Shown here: piece after piece, positions 15,349 to 28,601 of the stretch
Layout of the letters: each line of letters begins with the position of its first letter
Position numbering within the stretch: position 1 is the stretch's first letter
Assembly: GCA_030141605.1 (NCBI GenBank)
Contig: JAQGDQ010001531.1
Coordinates: forward strand, 1 to 35,970
From: Tubiluchus corallicola
Lineage: Eukaryota; Animalia; Priapulida
Length of the DNA: 35,970 bases
Direction of reading: 5' to 3'
Notes under the pieces: model-generated
What the model was told of the DNA's origin: nothing
Seen by the model: only the letters and a program-made list of their open reading frames with translations
Database searches by the model: none
Translations under genes and position numbers: made by a program

Positions 15349-15942
15349 TTAAGTTTGAGGAATGCAACGGTCAATGTTGACAGTGTGTCATAACACAGTG
15401 CAGAAGAAGAAATCTTCTATGGCATTACAACTCTAAAATTTTAAACGAAACATATGATAAATAAAAATGCTTAGAGCTCTTAGACTACACATGATGTATT
15501 AGCCAAACAATTTGAATGCGGTCATCTGTAGTGCAGAAAAACTTTTAAAAATGTGGCAAAAATCTGTTGATAAAACAAACATTATAGACAAAATCGTGGA
15601 TCTTCACTTATGCTTTTATTCCCTAATAAACTGATATTCCAAAGCTCATCATGGTTCCTCTCTCATCACCAACACATTTGAACTGAGCAAGGAGTCTAAT
15701 TGGCTTTGAAATATCTGTTTATTAAAGGATAAAAACATAAACTACCATCCATGATTCCACTCATAGTCTTTTCATTAGTATGTACTTACAAATACGGATG
15801 CCAAACATGCTAAAAAAATATTAAGGAAATTTACAACAAACGATAAAAAGTGGTGAAGCGTGCAAAAAGTAAACATTATTGAACTCCGATATAGATACAT
15901 AAGCATCAATAGGTAAACATCATGTAGATAAACACCTCTCCA

Positions 15943-16650
15943 TTAAAGGAAAACCGGGTGATTGTGTAAACATTAGCTCAGAATAAAGAATGCTCTAAAA
16001 TATTGAAAACTACAATAGCTTATTTTAAATCAAAGCTTAGATTACATAATAATTACATCGGATACTCAAATTTCGTTAAACCTTCAAAGCTTCGCGCGAC
16101 TCAGTGAATCTACTAAGATTGGCAGCGGCGCCTTTTTGTCACATTCATGTGGCCGACAAATAGAAGGCCGTACCGTGATAAGCATGATCATGAACTGTAG
16201 TGTTAATTTATGATGTCATATGATTCGTGACATCATGCATTTAAACAGTACTGTAACACTTATGCAAATGTGCTTGTTGCGCAAGGGAAGACACCTGCCA
16301 TTGCACAGATTATGGTTAGTTTCTGAAGTAAGCAATAGCTGTGTTCGGTTGCCGTTAATTAACTTTCTAAGCTAATTATTCAAATATAAGGAACAATTGT
16401 TAACTTTTATAGGCAAGAAAGTGTTTATTTTGGACAGTAATTTAAAATGGATTGAGTCTAAACAATCGTCCATCTAGCTTTAATACTCCAAATGAAAATT
16501 CAGTTAAATTTGGGAAGCTAACAACGATCCCCTTTGACATGATCGTCTCTGAGTCAACCAACCCAAACATGTGCAACAAAACACAAAATACTTGGCGGGC
16601 GGCATCTTATATGTTAAAAACTTCGAATTTCCCTTTTCGTTTCCGTTTAA
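15943..16650. mobile_element. Possible TTAA-flanked (Kolobok-like) MITE
   Basis: Imperfect ends TTAAAGGAAAAC...GTTTCCGTTTAA; central palindrome TGATGTCA...TGACATCA. Confidence 0.35.
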
Positions 16651-16829
16651 TCAAAATCTAAGTTTTAAATACAGTCAAAACATCTAAGACCACAAATCAT
16701 AGCTCTACCTTTATATCGTTGACATGGCTATTCGTCAACAGTGCACGTGCAGAGCGCCACCTACATTCTACAAAGCTTTGGCCGCTAATGCACTCTTCTT
16801 ACATAAAGATTTCTTCAACACATTATATA

Positions 16830-17677
<848 letters not shown>

Positions 17678-17746
17678 TTAAACATTCAAGTTTAAAATTT
17701 CTGCTAATTGTTTAAAAGCAAATGTAGCAGATATATATATACATTA

Positions 17747-18024
17747 ATAATAATAGTAATAATAATAATAATCTTTAAAGTCGGCGTTTGGGTCAACAAT
17801 TAACATTAGCTCAAAGAGCTATTATCGCCGACTGTAAATAACAACCTACAACTACACAACAGAAACTATTATTACCCCACTTTTACCCTAAATACCACGC
17901 ATCAGGCAGGGCAACAACAGGTACCATTTTTAAAGTCTTTGGTATGACCCGGCCGCTGGTTCGAATTCGCGACCTCCCAGACGGAAAGCAAACCACATTA
18001 CCACTAGACTAAACCGTCTGGTCC
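17747..18024 (-). mobile_element. tRNA-derived SINE with Nin/Deu-type central domain
   Basis: Minus strand: A-box TAGTCTAGTGG, B-box-like GAATTCGAACC, then GGGTCATACCAAAGACTTTAAAAATGGTACC, and a (TTA)n tail. Confidence 0.8.
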
Positions 18025-18183
18025 TACATACTTTATTCCATATAAAAAACTTTTTAGGTGTACCAAAAGAAACAGGCTACAAACCAGGCATGTTACTGAA
18101 ACATAAATTGCAAACCAAAAGCGAAATTTATGGAACACAGTAAACCGATACCAAAAATAAACTGAATCGAAATCATTTCTGTA

Positions 18184-18713
18184 TTTCTCAACAATACCTA
18201 GGAGACTTCCACCTATCTTTCTCAACAATACCTAGGAGACTTCCACCTATCTTTCTCAACAATACCTAGGAGACTTCCACCTATCTTTCTCAATAATACC
18301 TAGGAGACTTCCACCTATCTTTCTCAACAATACCTAGGAGACTTCCACCTATCTTTCTCAACAATACCTAGAAGACTTCCACCTATCTTTCTCGACAATA
18401 CCTAGGGAGACTTCTACCTATCTTTCTCAACAATACCTAGGAGACTTCCACCTATCTTTCTCAACAATACCTAGGAGACTTCCACCTATCTTTCTCGACA
18501 ATACCTAGGAAACTTCCACCTATCTTTCTCAACAATACCTAGGAGACTTCCACCTATTTTTCTCGACAATACCTAGGAGACTTCCACCTATCTTTCTCGA
18601 CAATACCTAGGAGACTTCCACCTATCTTTCTCAACAATACCTAGGAGACTTCCACCTATCTTTCTCAACAATACCTAGGAGACTTCCACCTATCTTTCTC
18701 AACAATACCTAGG
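18184..18713. repeat. 34-bp minisatellite, about 15.5 copies
   Basis: Unit TTTCTCAACAATACCTAGGAGACTTCCACCTATC, head to tail with no spacers. Confidence 0.96.
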
Positions 18714-19318
18714 TAGCCTTACTAGCGGTTTCTCTTCGTTAACGCTGAAGCCTGTATGTATAGGCTGCTAGCAGCTAAACACTGCGTAGTGAAAGCCAAG
18801 CCCCTGGAGCGACCTAAGGACAATTTTTTGTAGTACTAGTCTGGTTGCTATAGCAACAGGATGCAGACAAATTTCCTAGGCATAAAGTTTGAACTCAGGT
18901 GTCTATAAATCTCATATAGATTTCACTTAATACAAACGACAAGCATTTAGCAGTCAGCCGGGAAACAAAAGCAAATAATAATTGTACTGTTTTATGTTAG
19001 TAGTATGATTTCAGAATAGAATGATGCAATATGTGCCGTTTTAATGCATCAAACTAAGTAAAAAAAGTTATTGATAAAATGAAAATGGCCTAAAATAAAA
19101 ATTGAGGAATATCCTTTGTACTTTATAACGCAACAGAGAATTCAAGAACCTGCATCTTATGTTTACTATCTTTTTTGAAAGAAAGTGCAATTATCTTTTC
19201 ATTATAATTAAAGATAGTTTAGAATGAGAGTAACAAAGATCTTCTAAATCTTACAAGCATTTTCATTATAAAAATTATAATACATTCCTCAAACATTTGT
19301 CAAGGAATTGAACTATCA

Positions 19319-19612
<294 letters not shown>

Positions 19613-19859
19613 TTATTCGGACAGACAGCAAAAAGAATGAAATTCAGTAAAATGGGAGATGAGTAAAGATCTTTATTTAAACTCGATAGCTAGAATAAGC
19701 CATAAGTTCCTTTACATCCAGGTAAGCATACTAAAACGATATAAAATATAAATAAATATAAAAAATACAAAATATAAATTAAAACTATTCAAACTATACA
19801 TGCAGTAACAAAATTATCCAAAAGGAAATCAAAGACTTAAAAGCTTCGAGGTTTAAATT

Positions 19860-20850
19860 TAGTTAAGTCATAAGTCATTTATTTCACATTACACATTTAC
19901 AATAGTTTCATATACAATATCTAGTAAAAGGGCTTACAATGGATATAATACAAATAAGAAATACTGCACAGGAAAAGCCTCAAACACTGTTCACTTATAC
20001 ACGAAGGTAAATGTGTTGCGGCCAATCAAAAAGCAGGGCTTGTTAGATTGTCCCACACAGTGATAGAAAAAAAAAGTAATGGAGATAATCTGAAAATTTA
20101 ACGTGAATCGTGATAAAAAAACATTAGTGCTTAAAATGGGATGATGTAATGAATGAAGCTCATATATGGGATGATATAAAAGATAGAAAGACTATTATTT
20201 GTTGATAGTATGTAAAATTAAGATACCTTGATTAAGCTAACACCACTGTTATGCCACTACTGTGAGGATGGATACTGATAGAAATTTTGATTACTCACTG
20301 GTAATTACTTAAAATTTGATTTTTTAGCATTTTTTAGATCTAGTAATAGATCTGCTATTTTTTGCAGATTGACAAATCTCATTCCAGACTTTTGGTCCTT
20401 GATATATTATAAAATGTTTAGCTATGTTGGTTCTACAGAAAGGCACAATATATTGATTAAATCTTGTGTTATGTCTCTTAGATGTCAATTTGACAGGAAT
20501 TGCAAAAAACTTAGGAAATAGTCTATTATTGCATTCATACATGAATACTGCAATATTCAATTTAATTAAATCAGTTAATTGAATAATTCTACATTCACGG
20601 TAATGAAGTAAAGGTACTTCACTATGTTTCTGTATTTTCGTTGCAACGTTTTCAAGCATTTCAGTTTAGATGGATATGTGGGGCCCCAAATTATGCTGCA
20701 GTAATTGAGATAAGGTAAAACCAGACTATTATACAAGATTAGTAAGTGTTCTTTCGAAAGACTGTGTTTCATGTGAGTAATGATGCCTATATTTTTAGCA
20801 ATTTTAAGTCTGATGTAAGAGATATGTGATTGCCAGTCTAAGTGTTTGAT
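19860..20850 (-). mobile_element. 5'-truncated, frameshifted CR1-group (L2/Crack-like) LINE
   Basis: ORF2 C-terminal motifs LYNSLVLPYLNYCSIIWG, HNTR and YQGPKVWN split over two frames; 3' AATAAA followed by a (TGACTTA) repeat tail. Confidence 0.85.
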
Positions 20851-21187
20851 AAACAGAACACAAAAGATTAAAAGAAAAATACAGTATATATAATATATAA
20901 AAAACTAAATTACTGATTTTAGAAGCATGAGTCAAATTTTTCAATGTAGTATTTAAAAAACCTTTTTTTAAACTCAAGGCAGTTGCGGCTTTTCAAACAT
21001 TAAATAGCTAAAATTATAGCTATAAAACAATAGATCTATAAGATAATGTTAAAAGATCCAAATAACCAAATACGCAATGCACAAGAGAAACAGATTTTCT
21101 AGGCCTCTTTGTTGCAGACCAATTTACACAACATGAAGGTTTTGCATATTGCCATCACCACAGCTTGGGTATTTTAGAAGGTCCTAC

Positions 21188-21256
21188 CTTTTTCAAAACT
21201 TTCATGGCGAATATCCTACCCATTTCATTACCCTTGATTTTTCTAACTTGAAACAC
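21188..21256 (-). CDS. RPS6KB: S6K exon 4 (VFQVRKIKGNEMGRIFAMKVLKK)
   Basis: Catalytic Lys motif FAMKVLKK; TTTTTTCAG| and |GTAGG; 69 nt. Confidence 0.96.
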
Positions 21257-21594
21257 CTGAAAAAACAAGCAAATTTGTAAACTGTAATGCTACCAAGTGA
21301 AATGCATGACCTCCATGAAGTTATTAGAAAAACATTTAATAGTAAAAGGAAGAGTTCTCATTGCCATACCAAGACAAAATCACGGTAGGAAAAGTTACTA
21401 AAGAAACAGACATGGCAGAACATATTTTTTCCAGCTCACTCGCTCAGTTGAAAATTACACAGCATTGTTGCACCCACTCTATTAAAAAGGACACGTCAAA
21501 TATACAATCATACTTTGAACATTGTGCATTTTTAAAGCTCGTAATAAAAATAATTAAATTTGCACTACATTAAGAGAAGAAAAAACAATCCTAT

Positions 21595-22042
21595 AGTTTG
21601 TCCCAAAAAACTTTCGACACAATGGCATTTTACTTGGCATTACGCTCACCAGTTTGGAAGACTTGTAACTAGAAAATAATTAGCAATTTAAAATGTTCGC
21701 GACAACTGATAAGATGTTACTAACTCACCTTCCCAGTGTGCACCACTGACTCACCAAATAATGTATTTCTAATGTTATTGGCACAAGACACTGTAAATTT
21801 ATACTTATTTAGTGAAGAGCATGCTTCAAATGCTCCAATTATTCTCTCAAACAATGTTATCTAAACTAGTTCAAAATGATCTTCCATCTAAATGGCTGTG
21901 CCCAATGGTGATTGCGGGAGTTTAAATTTACGAATTTTACACAGTGTTACTGCCAATACAAGCCCCGTGAGCAATAAGACAGTGATACAAAATTTCAAGA
22001 AGATTTTTTCATCTTCATGTAAAGGGTTTTCTTGTGCTTTAA
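21595..22042. mobile_element. Diverged, unexpanded sibling of the 6161-8369 element
   Basis: Collinear shared blocks: TCCCAAAAAACTTT, GCATTACGCT, CCCAGTGTGCACCACTGA, CAATGTTATCTAAA, GGAGTTTAAATTTAC, GTTTTCTTGTGCTTTAA. Confidence 0.75.
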
Positions 22043-22235
22043 CCAAGCTACACAAGTAAGACAATACTGTACACTGGTTTCATAAACGAACAACAAAACA
22101 GAATGCACGCAAGAACAGAATACTACTTTATGAAAAAATCAGCCATAAATTTATCACATGACCGAGTTTTCGTCGATGTAGCTATTTTTTTTAAATTTAT
22201 CACATTAACACAGTAATCTACCAAAAGTGACGTAC

Positions 22236-22353
22236 CTTTCCATACCCGCCTTTTCCAAGAACCTTAAGCAATTCAAAGTGCTCTGGACCAGTTTTCTCAT
22301 TACCGGTAGTATTAACAGTCTCTTCGGATAGTTCTAGCGTTTCCAAATTCTCG
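22236..22353 (-). CDS. RPS6KB: S6K exon 3 (ENLETLELSEETVN...FELLKVLGKGGYGK)
   Basis: Gly-rich loop GKGGYGK; TAG| acceptor and |GTAC donor. Confidence 0.95.
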
Positions 22354-22537
22354 CTATTAAACAGATCAAGGAAATTTAAAAGCTGCGTATATTTTCTAAA
22401 CATTGAAAAAAGTTTGCCAAAGTCACTGATACTCTAAACTGTATGTTGTCTTGAAAGTTTACTGCCAAATCAATTTACTTGGATAATGATTAAAGAGGCC
22501 AAGTTTCCCTACTTGGATTATACAATTTACATTGGTG

Positions 22538-23124
22538 TAGGTAAAGTGGATCACTAAGCAAAGCGGATCAAATGTGTTTGCTCTTTTTTCTGTAAGGCGT
22601 CGCAGTCTATGCACTGTGTGATGTTACGTCATCATCTACTGTGTACTCTTCATAAACGACCTCGACCTTTGCAAAGTTTGTCTAAGCGCGGTACACAAAA
22701 GTAAGTTTTTCAACCACTTTCTTACGATTTTTCACTTTTATAGATCATGATGATAAATTCCACTTAGTGTAGATTTATTCGCTACTGTTTTTACATATGA
22801 TGGATGGTTCATTGCTGCTTCATATCAATTTACTTTTGCAAAATAGACAAAATCGATTTATAAGATATTGTTACTTATGTTGAGCTCAACCGCTCAGGTA
22901 TGATCCACTATGCCCGTAAAAGATCCACTTTGCCCTAGAAATTTTGGTTTCGTATTTTGGAATTATCTGTTAAACGAGTAATAGTAATTATAAGTTTTTA
23001 CCACATGAATGTAGCAGAGTTTCCTACCGAAGAACAGGGCATGTAATTGATTGTTACAGATCAAACGTCTTGAACTCTATGAGCAAAAACCCTTAACTGA
23101 TCCACTTTACCCGGGTCTCCCCTA
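22538..23124. mobile_element. Tc1/pogo-like MITE with partly deleted left TIR
   Basis: GGTAAAGTGGATCA at left versus TGATCCACTTTACCCGGGTCTCCCCTA at right; subterminal GATCCACT copies near 22902 and 22922. Confidence 0.65.
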
Positions 23125-23400
23125 CATACGCAAACACCATATGTATCATTTATTGCACTGACGGAATGAGCCAATCAGTGATAGGTACATAGGTACACGC
23201 AAAGAAAAATAGAAATATGAACAGTGCAAAATCCAACAAACATTTCTGCTGAGATCCGAATCCATTAAAATTACCAGACCTCGGGATCCAACATACAGAA
23301 TACATACTAATTCTGCAGTACAAGTTAGCTTCTAAATGTAAAACATATGATTAATGTAGCCTGCTTATAGAGAAAAAATTGTATTTAAAATACAGCTTAC

Positions 23401-23426
23401 CTAGGTTCTGCCTCAATTGCATTGTC
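23401..23426 (-). CDS. RPS6KB: S6K coding exon 2, 26-nt microexon (DNAIEAEP+AG)
   Basis: TTTTCAG| acceptor and |GTAAGC donor. Its 3n+2 length is exactly what links phase-0 exon 1 to phase-2 exon 3. Confidence 0.75.
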
Positions 23427-23949
23427 CTGAAAATCACAAATACTCTTAGAAATAAACAGTTTTCAATTAATAAGTGTGCAGTAGAAAGACGAAGCATCAG
23501 TATACTTAATGAGAATTCAGATTTAATTAACTGCAGCTCTGCATTTAATTTAATCGAATTTTTTGCAACCCCATCTCTATTATTATTTTCATTTGTTACC
23601 CAATGATTATAAATGTAATGCACTTTAGCATGCAAGACAAAGGGACAATAAAATTTATCGAATTGAACTGAACTGTGTGGGGGATTTTCTCTTTTTCCGT
23701 AGGGTCCAAATAATACAATTTAAAATATGTAACATTACAAAACTTGTAGTTGTAAATGAGGTTATACATGTGCAATAATACACACGATTAATACTAAATT
23801 GCGTCATAGTTCCAAAATTTAAACTTAAAGATAGGAGTTTAGATGCAAAATTTAATAGCGCAAATTCTACTATTAAATTTACAGATGAGACATTAAAATA
23901 TAGTAGGGCATACTTTAATACTAATGTCAATGCAATATTATTAGTCTAC

Positions 23950-24036
23950 CTCAGCTTCATCTAAATCAATGTCATCCTCTGAGCAGTGACTTTCGTCATC
24001 TATATCTGCTAATTCTAAGTCAAAAACCGTGGCCAT
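23950..24036 (-). CDS. RPS6KB: S6 kinase beta, coding exon 1 (MATVFDLELADIDDESHCSEDDIDLDEAE)
   Basis: ATG at 24036 with an in-frame TGA about 15 codons upstream. TOS motif FDLEL (human p70 FDIDL) followed by an acidic stretch. Donor GAG|GTAGAC, phase 0. Confidence 0.92.
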
Positions 24037-25815
24037 ATTATGCGTATTACATCCTTTGTATGATATATCCGAAAATAATCAAATCGCTTTAAGTTATCGC
24101 TAAAAATCTTGACAAATTGAATACAATACAATTTCAACACACAAAAATTACGCAAACTAGGCCGAAATGAACAAAAAGCGCTAACATCGTCTAGTGATTC
24201 ATCTTTGATGTTATGCTTGCCAAAGTAACCACCAGGTGACAAGATAATTGCGAAATTTTCCACGATACAGTCCGTTGTGACGAAAACAGAATTTCAAGAC
24301 AATAGAAGAAAAAATTGCGGTACTATAACTAACATAGTGAGATTCCAAAAATACTGAAAGCTTGCCGAAAAAAAGCATCACCTAACTTGTTTGAAAAAAT
24401 TCAGTGAAAAACACAGTAAGCCGTAAAAGGAGAAGGAGAAGTAAGCCGTAAAGGAGAACATCAAAATATCAAAAGTCTTGAACACAATGGTGACAAGTCC
24501 ATTTTGGTCATTTCAGAAAACTGAAATTAAAGGCTTAAATATGCTCCATAAAATCAATCATTGCAATGGGTGTGTATAATGTATATATGTGTATAATCTA
24601 CTGTGACTCTTTATCTAAATTATTTTGCAAATCTGCATTATTAATATAATAATTGGCAAAAATAGTCAAAAACTGGACTTAGCACATTTGACATCCGAAC
24701 ATTCTGATACAGATTTTAATTTTTTCACTACATGCTGTTGCGATATTATAGGCTGTACAGTTTAAAAAACTAAAAAAATTAAACTTTAAGTATGCACTTT
24801 TATTAGAGCTTGCAAGACAATGGTTCATGTTTAGGTGTGACCAGAATACCAATTCAATTGTCACAGAGCAGGCGAGATTTTGTTACTTCTGCTTTAAGTT
24901 GGACCTTCTCCTGCAATTTTCGAGCTAGAGTCACCAATTTTGGTATAGCTAAGTGGTATCGAAGTCTGTAGTGCATGGTAGAATGTGGATTGAGGCAAAC
25001 TTTCCTTCTAGGAGTCAAAAATCGAAATTGGTATCTAATTGAAAAACAATTAAAGACTACAAGTTTTGAGCAACAGTAATTTGGGCAGCTAGTGCATTTG
25101 CACAGACGGTACAGACCTTTTGTTAGGCGATAGCAGAGAGTAGTAGTACAAAACAGTTAATCACATCAAATTATTGTTCCAATAATGGCAAATTAATGTA
25201 TCACGCTTTCAAAATGTGGTGAAGAAACTTCATAAGTCTCACACGAACCTGCATGCTTCAAAGTTGAGGGGCATGGCCAGACCAATGAATCAAAGAACTC
25301 AAGATCAATGATTAAATAAATAGTTTATACCTAAATAAATAGTAATGATCTGAGGAACGGGAAATTAAGTGTTTTACCGGCGCACGATAAGGAGAGGGCA
25401 GGTATCATTTACTCAGATTTTACCAATGTGTTTAAATCGACCTATTTCACACATTTGATTGGTTAAACTAAGCAGATTGTGCTTCTCCTGCAACATTCTA
25501 ACATGGCAAGAAGCTTTCTTTACAGACCACAATCAACGAGTTTTACTAAGAAATGTAATGTCTGACTGGAAATGTGTGAGAATTAGCTACACAGTTATTT
25601 AATTTGTTAAAGAGTGGAAGTTTGAAAGCCTGTCTGTGAATGGTTTGACTTTAACCCTTTAATGGTTTTGCAGAAAAAGGCTAGACCTGCGAAACTCGCG
25701 GATAAGAACGAACAGAAACGATTCAAAGAGTTTCCGTGTTGCCGCTTGCCAACTGTAGACGACTGGACGCTCAGACGGGTTTTTTTGTTACTTGCAATCA
25801 AATCTTTACCAAAGT
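24037..25815. promoter_or_regulatory. Divergent intergenic/leader region between S6K and SGF29
   Basis: The two start codons point away from each other about 1.8 kb apart. Transcription start sites cannot be determined from sequence. Confidence 0.55.
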
Positions 25816-25893
25816 ATGGCAAGCAGCGACCCTGCAGATATTAGAGTTAAAGAGATACTGAAAGAATTGCACAGATTGCTGCTTCAAGTGCAG
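25816..25893 (+). CDS. SGF29: SAGA-associated factor 29, coding exon 1 (MASSDPADIRVKEILKELHRLLLQVQ)
   Basis: Resembles the recalled human SGF29 N-terminus MALVSADSRIAELLTELHQLIKQTQ; donor CAG|GTAAT, phase 0. Confidence 0.85.
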
Positions 25894-28289
25894 GTAATAT
25901 AGAGGGCCAGACAGCACGGAATCAAAAGTGTCAATTATTCAAAAGCTTATACCTTGTTAGTTATTTTAATGTTTATTTATTAGGTTTAATTAATTTTTTT
26001 GAGAGTATAATATTAGTTGCACACTATCCAGTATATGTACTAAAACAAACACTTTATTGACACGACAATGTACAGATTACAGATGCGGTGATGTTGACAG
26101 TAACTGATATACTGAACTGGATAAGTTTCTTAGATAGGCTGTTTTTTTACCTATATAAATTAATACAATTGCACAGTCAGCAATTACTGAGCATGCTTAA
26201 TGTGAAGCTGTCCATCGTCACTCAAAGCCCTGTGAAGGTTTTGCTAATGTCACAGTGAGTAGGGGGCGTGCCATTACGAGAGGAAAAGAGCCTAGTAGTA
26301 GTAGTAGTATAGACCACACGTACAAATAACAAAACGTTCAGTAATATTTCATGTTCATTTAAGTAAACATATTAAAAATGCAGAGAAGTTGTATAAAGGC
26401 TATGACATGTCAGCACTCAGCAGGAACAAAACTGTGAGTGTCTCAGCTCATTTTTTGTTGTTAAACAGATAATTTCTTAATAAAAGATAAAAAGCTCTGC
26501 TTTAAATGATACTGCCAAACCATTTCACTATAGTATAGTAGTTTGTTATGAACAAATGCACCGAGTAAGCATAAATGCTCCATTATATCTTAATGAAGTC
26601 CTTTATAAGTTTGCCTGTAATTTTTTTACGAATTTCCTAGAGCTGTTCTTGCAAAATCCAGATATTTAGAACACTATGGTTGAGCTGCTCTAGTGAAATA
26701 GAATTATCCTTTTTATAGGAATGTAGTAAATTAAAAAAAGTTCAAATTTATCCACTTCTTGCTTTATAACAATGTACCATAATAAAAAAATCCCTTTTTG
26801 AACAGCAGTAATAGTAGCCTCTGCTTAGAATAACTTTGATCATTGTTAGGACTATCACGCAATTTAGAAGAACAACTGTTTCTGACTGCCAGTGTCACCT
26901 AAATCTAGTTGTACTTCTGCAGCTTAAGTTCGAGATGTTATTATAAGCACCGCCTATCTCAAGAGCAGCATCAGGAAATTGGTGCATGGGTAGTAAGGCC
27001 TGTAACGTACATCGATGTATCGTGATACCTTTTGTGATGATACATGTATCGTCAAAGTGAACCAGTATCGCAAAAATCTGAATCACTGATATTTAGTGCA
27101 AGCTTGTCCACCCGCTGATAAAAACTGAGAAATAATTGAAGCTGCAGCTGTAGAATGTACTGTAGTTTAACTCAATATAGTTAAACCAATACACAGTTTA
27201 ACTCCCTGGTCATAATCAGTGCAGTGAGCACAGCATTGGCAGAGGAGAAGACTTGACCTTGACACAGGCAGACCTGGTAGCAAAGCGATTGAAAGCACAC
27301 GAATTATCTTTCATGTGTTTGTAATATAATTGTGTTTAACAAATTACGTTCTTGCTTGTAAGTTTCTGAAATATATATTTACTATGTTTATTCGCGCATA
27401 TAATTTAAATGTACAATTAGGCTAATGAAAGCACAAGGTCATAAACATAACAGTAACAAGATATAAGTAATATTTACATTCAGTTAGTTAAAATGGTTAG
27501 TAACATTGATATTATTTCTTCGTTTGTTAAGCCGGAGATGAGAACTTCATTACGAGCAGTCCTATATGTATAAGAAACATTGTCAGAATCATTTTCATAA
27601 GTCACTAGAGAAAATACGATTTTTACCAAGAGTTATACTCCAATACTGATTTGGAATGTTGATTGCTGATTAGGCTCATTGCACAATTATTAATCTTTCT
27701 ATAGAAAGTTTGCGACCGTTTGAATTATGAATTATGAATTTATTCCACAGCAACTCAAACATACATACAAGTTGATATAACGTTGAAAAAAATAAACTAT
27801 GCGAGTTACTGTGAGGAGGGGGAAGGAGCATTTTGCTTTCGTGTCCTCCTCCAGATAAGTGAAACAATTGACAGTTAACATTACATAGTATTTTCATCAG
27901 TTATACCGTATATTAGAACAAAATAAGTTTTGTTAGTAATTTAAGATCAGGATGAGTAAAATTGTGAGTTAATTATACCGTTGTAGTACGTAATTCTTTG
28001 ATGCTTTTTTAAATTGATAAAGATTGAGAGTTTTCATTTCACGCGGAATTGATGACCATATTTTAATAGCATTATATTTTGATGACTGTTTCATTATATT
28101 TGTTATTGGAAGGGGGAGTACATAGTTGACTGCTAGGTTAACGAAAGGTTTAATTTCCGCAATGCAATGCGTCGGGCAAACGTGAGAATTCTCGACTCAA
28201 GTCGAAGGATTTGACTTTTTTGTTAGCTTACTGTACGACTAATTGTACCATAGTCTTACGGATTAATATCTTTTTTATTTACATTTTAG

Positions 28290-28365
28290 GGTGAAAGAAC
28301 TAGATCAGAGCACACACTGTCAAATATATCAAAGACTCATGAGCGAATGCAAAGCGAAACTAAGA
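28290..28365 (+). CDS. SGF29: SGF29 coding exon 2 (GERTRSEHTLSNISKTHERMQSETK)
   Basis: Matches recalled human EERSRSEHNLVNIQKTHERMQTENK; TTTTAG| and |GTAAGT. No further SGF29 exon found in the window. Confidence 0.9.
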
Positions 28366-28413
28366 GTAAGTATTAACTGCATACAAACCCAGCAATGATG
28401 AGCAGTACAAATA

Positions 28414-28500
28414 TTCTTCTTCTTCTTCAATGAATCAAACGTCCAGGGACTTGATTCTGCTCACCTCTCTGTGCCAGGACTCCCTACACGCTGCAAGTGG
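28414..28500 (-). mobile_element. Short RTE-like LINE 3' end
   Basis: Minus strand reads LAACRESWHREVSRIKSLDV* followed by a (GAA)n tail. Confidence 0.45.
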
Positions 28501-28601
28501 ATTTATTTCTAAGGATCAATGCTGAAGTGTTTAAATCTTTTTGTGCAAAATCTAAATATGTTAACATTTGTCCTCCTGCAGGTTTTTAGCTGGTTCTATG
28601 G

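Noticed and set aside
24488-24687. Degenerate inverted repeat in the intergenic region
   Set aside because: Too diverged to define ends or a TSD; probably an old MITE relic.
28390-28525. Box C/D snoRNA candidate (ATGATGA at 28395, CTGA at 28522) in the SGF29 intron
   Set aside because: No proper terminal stem outside the boxes, no recognisable rRNA guide, and the interior looks like a LINE 3' fragment.
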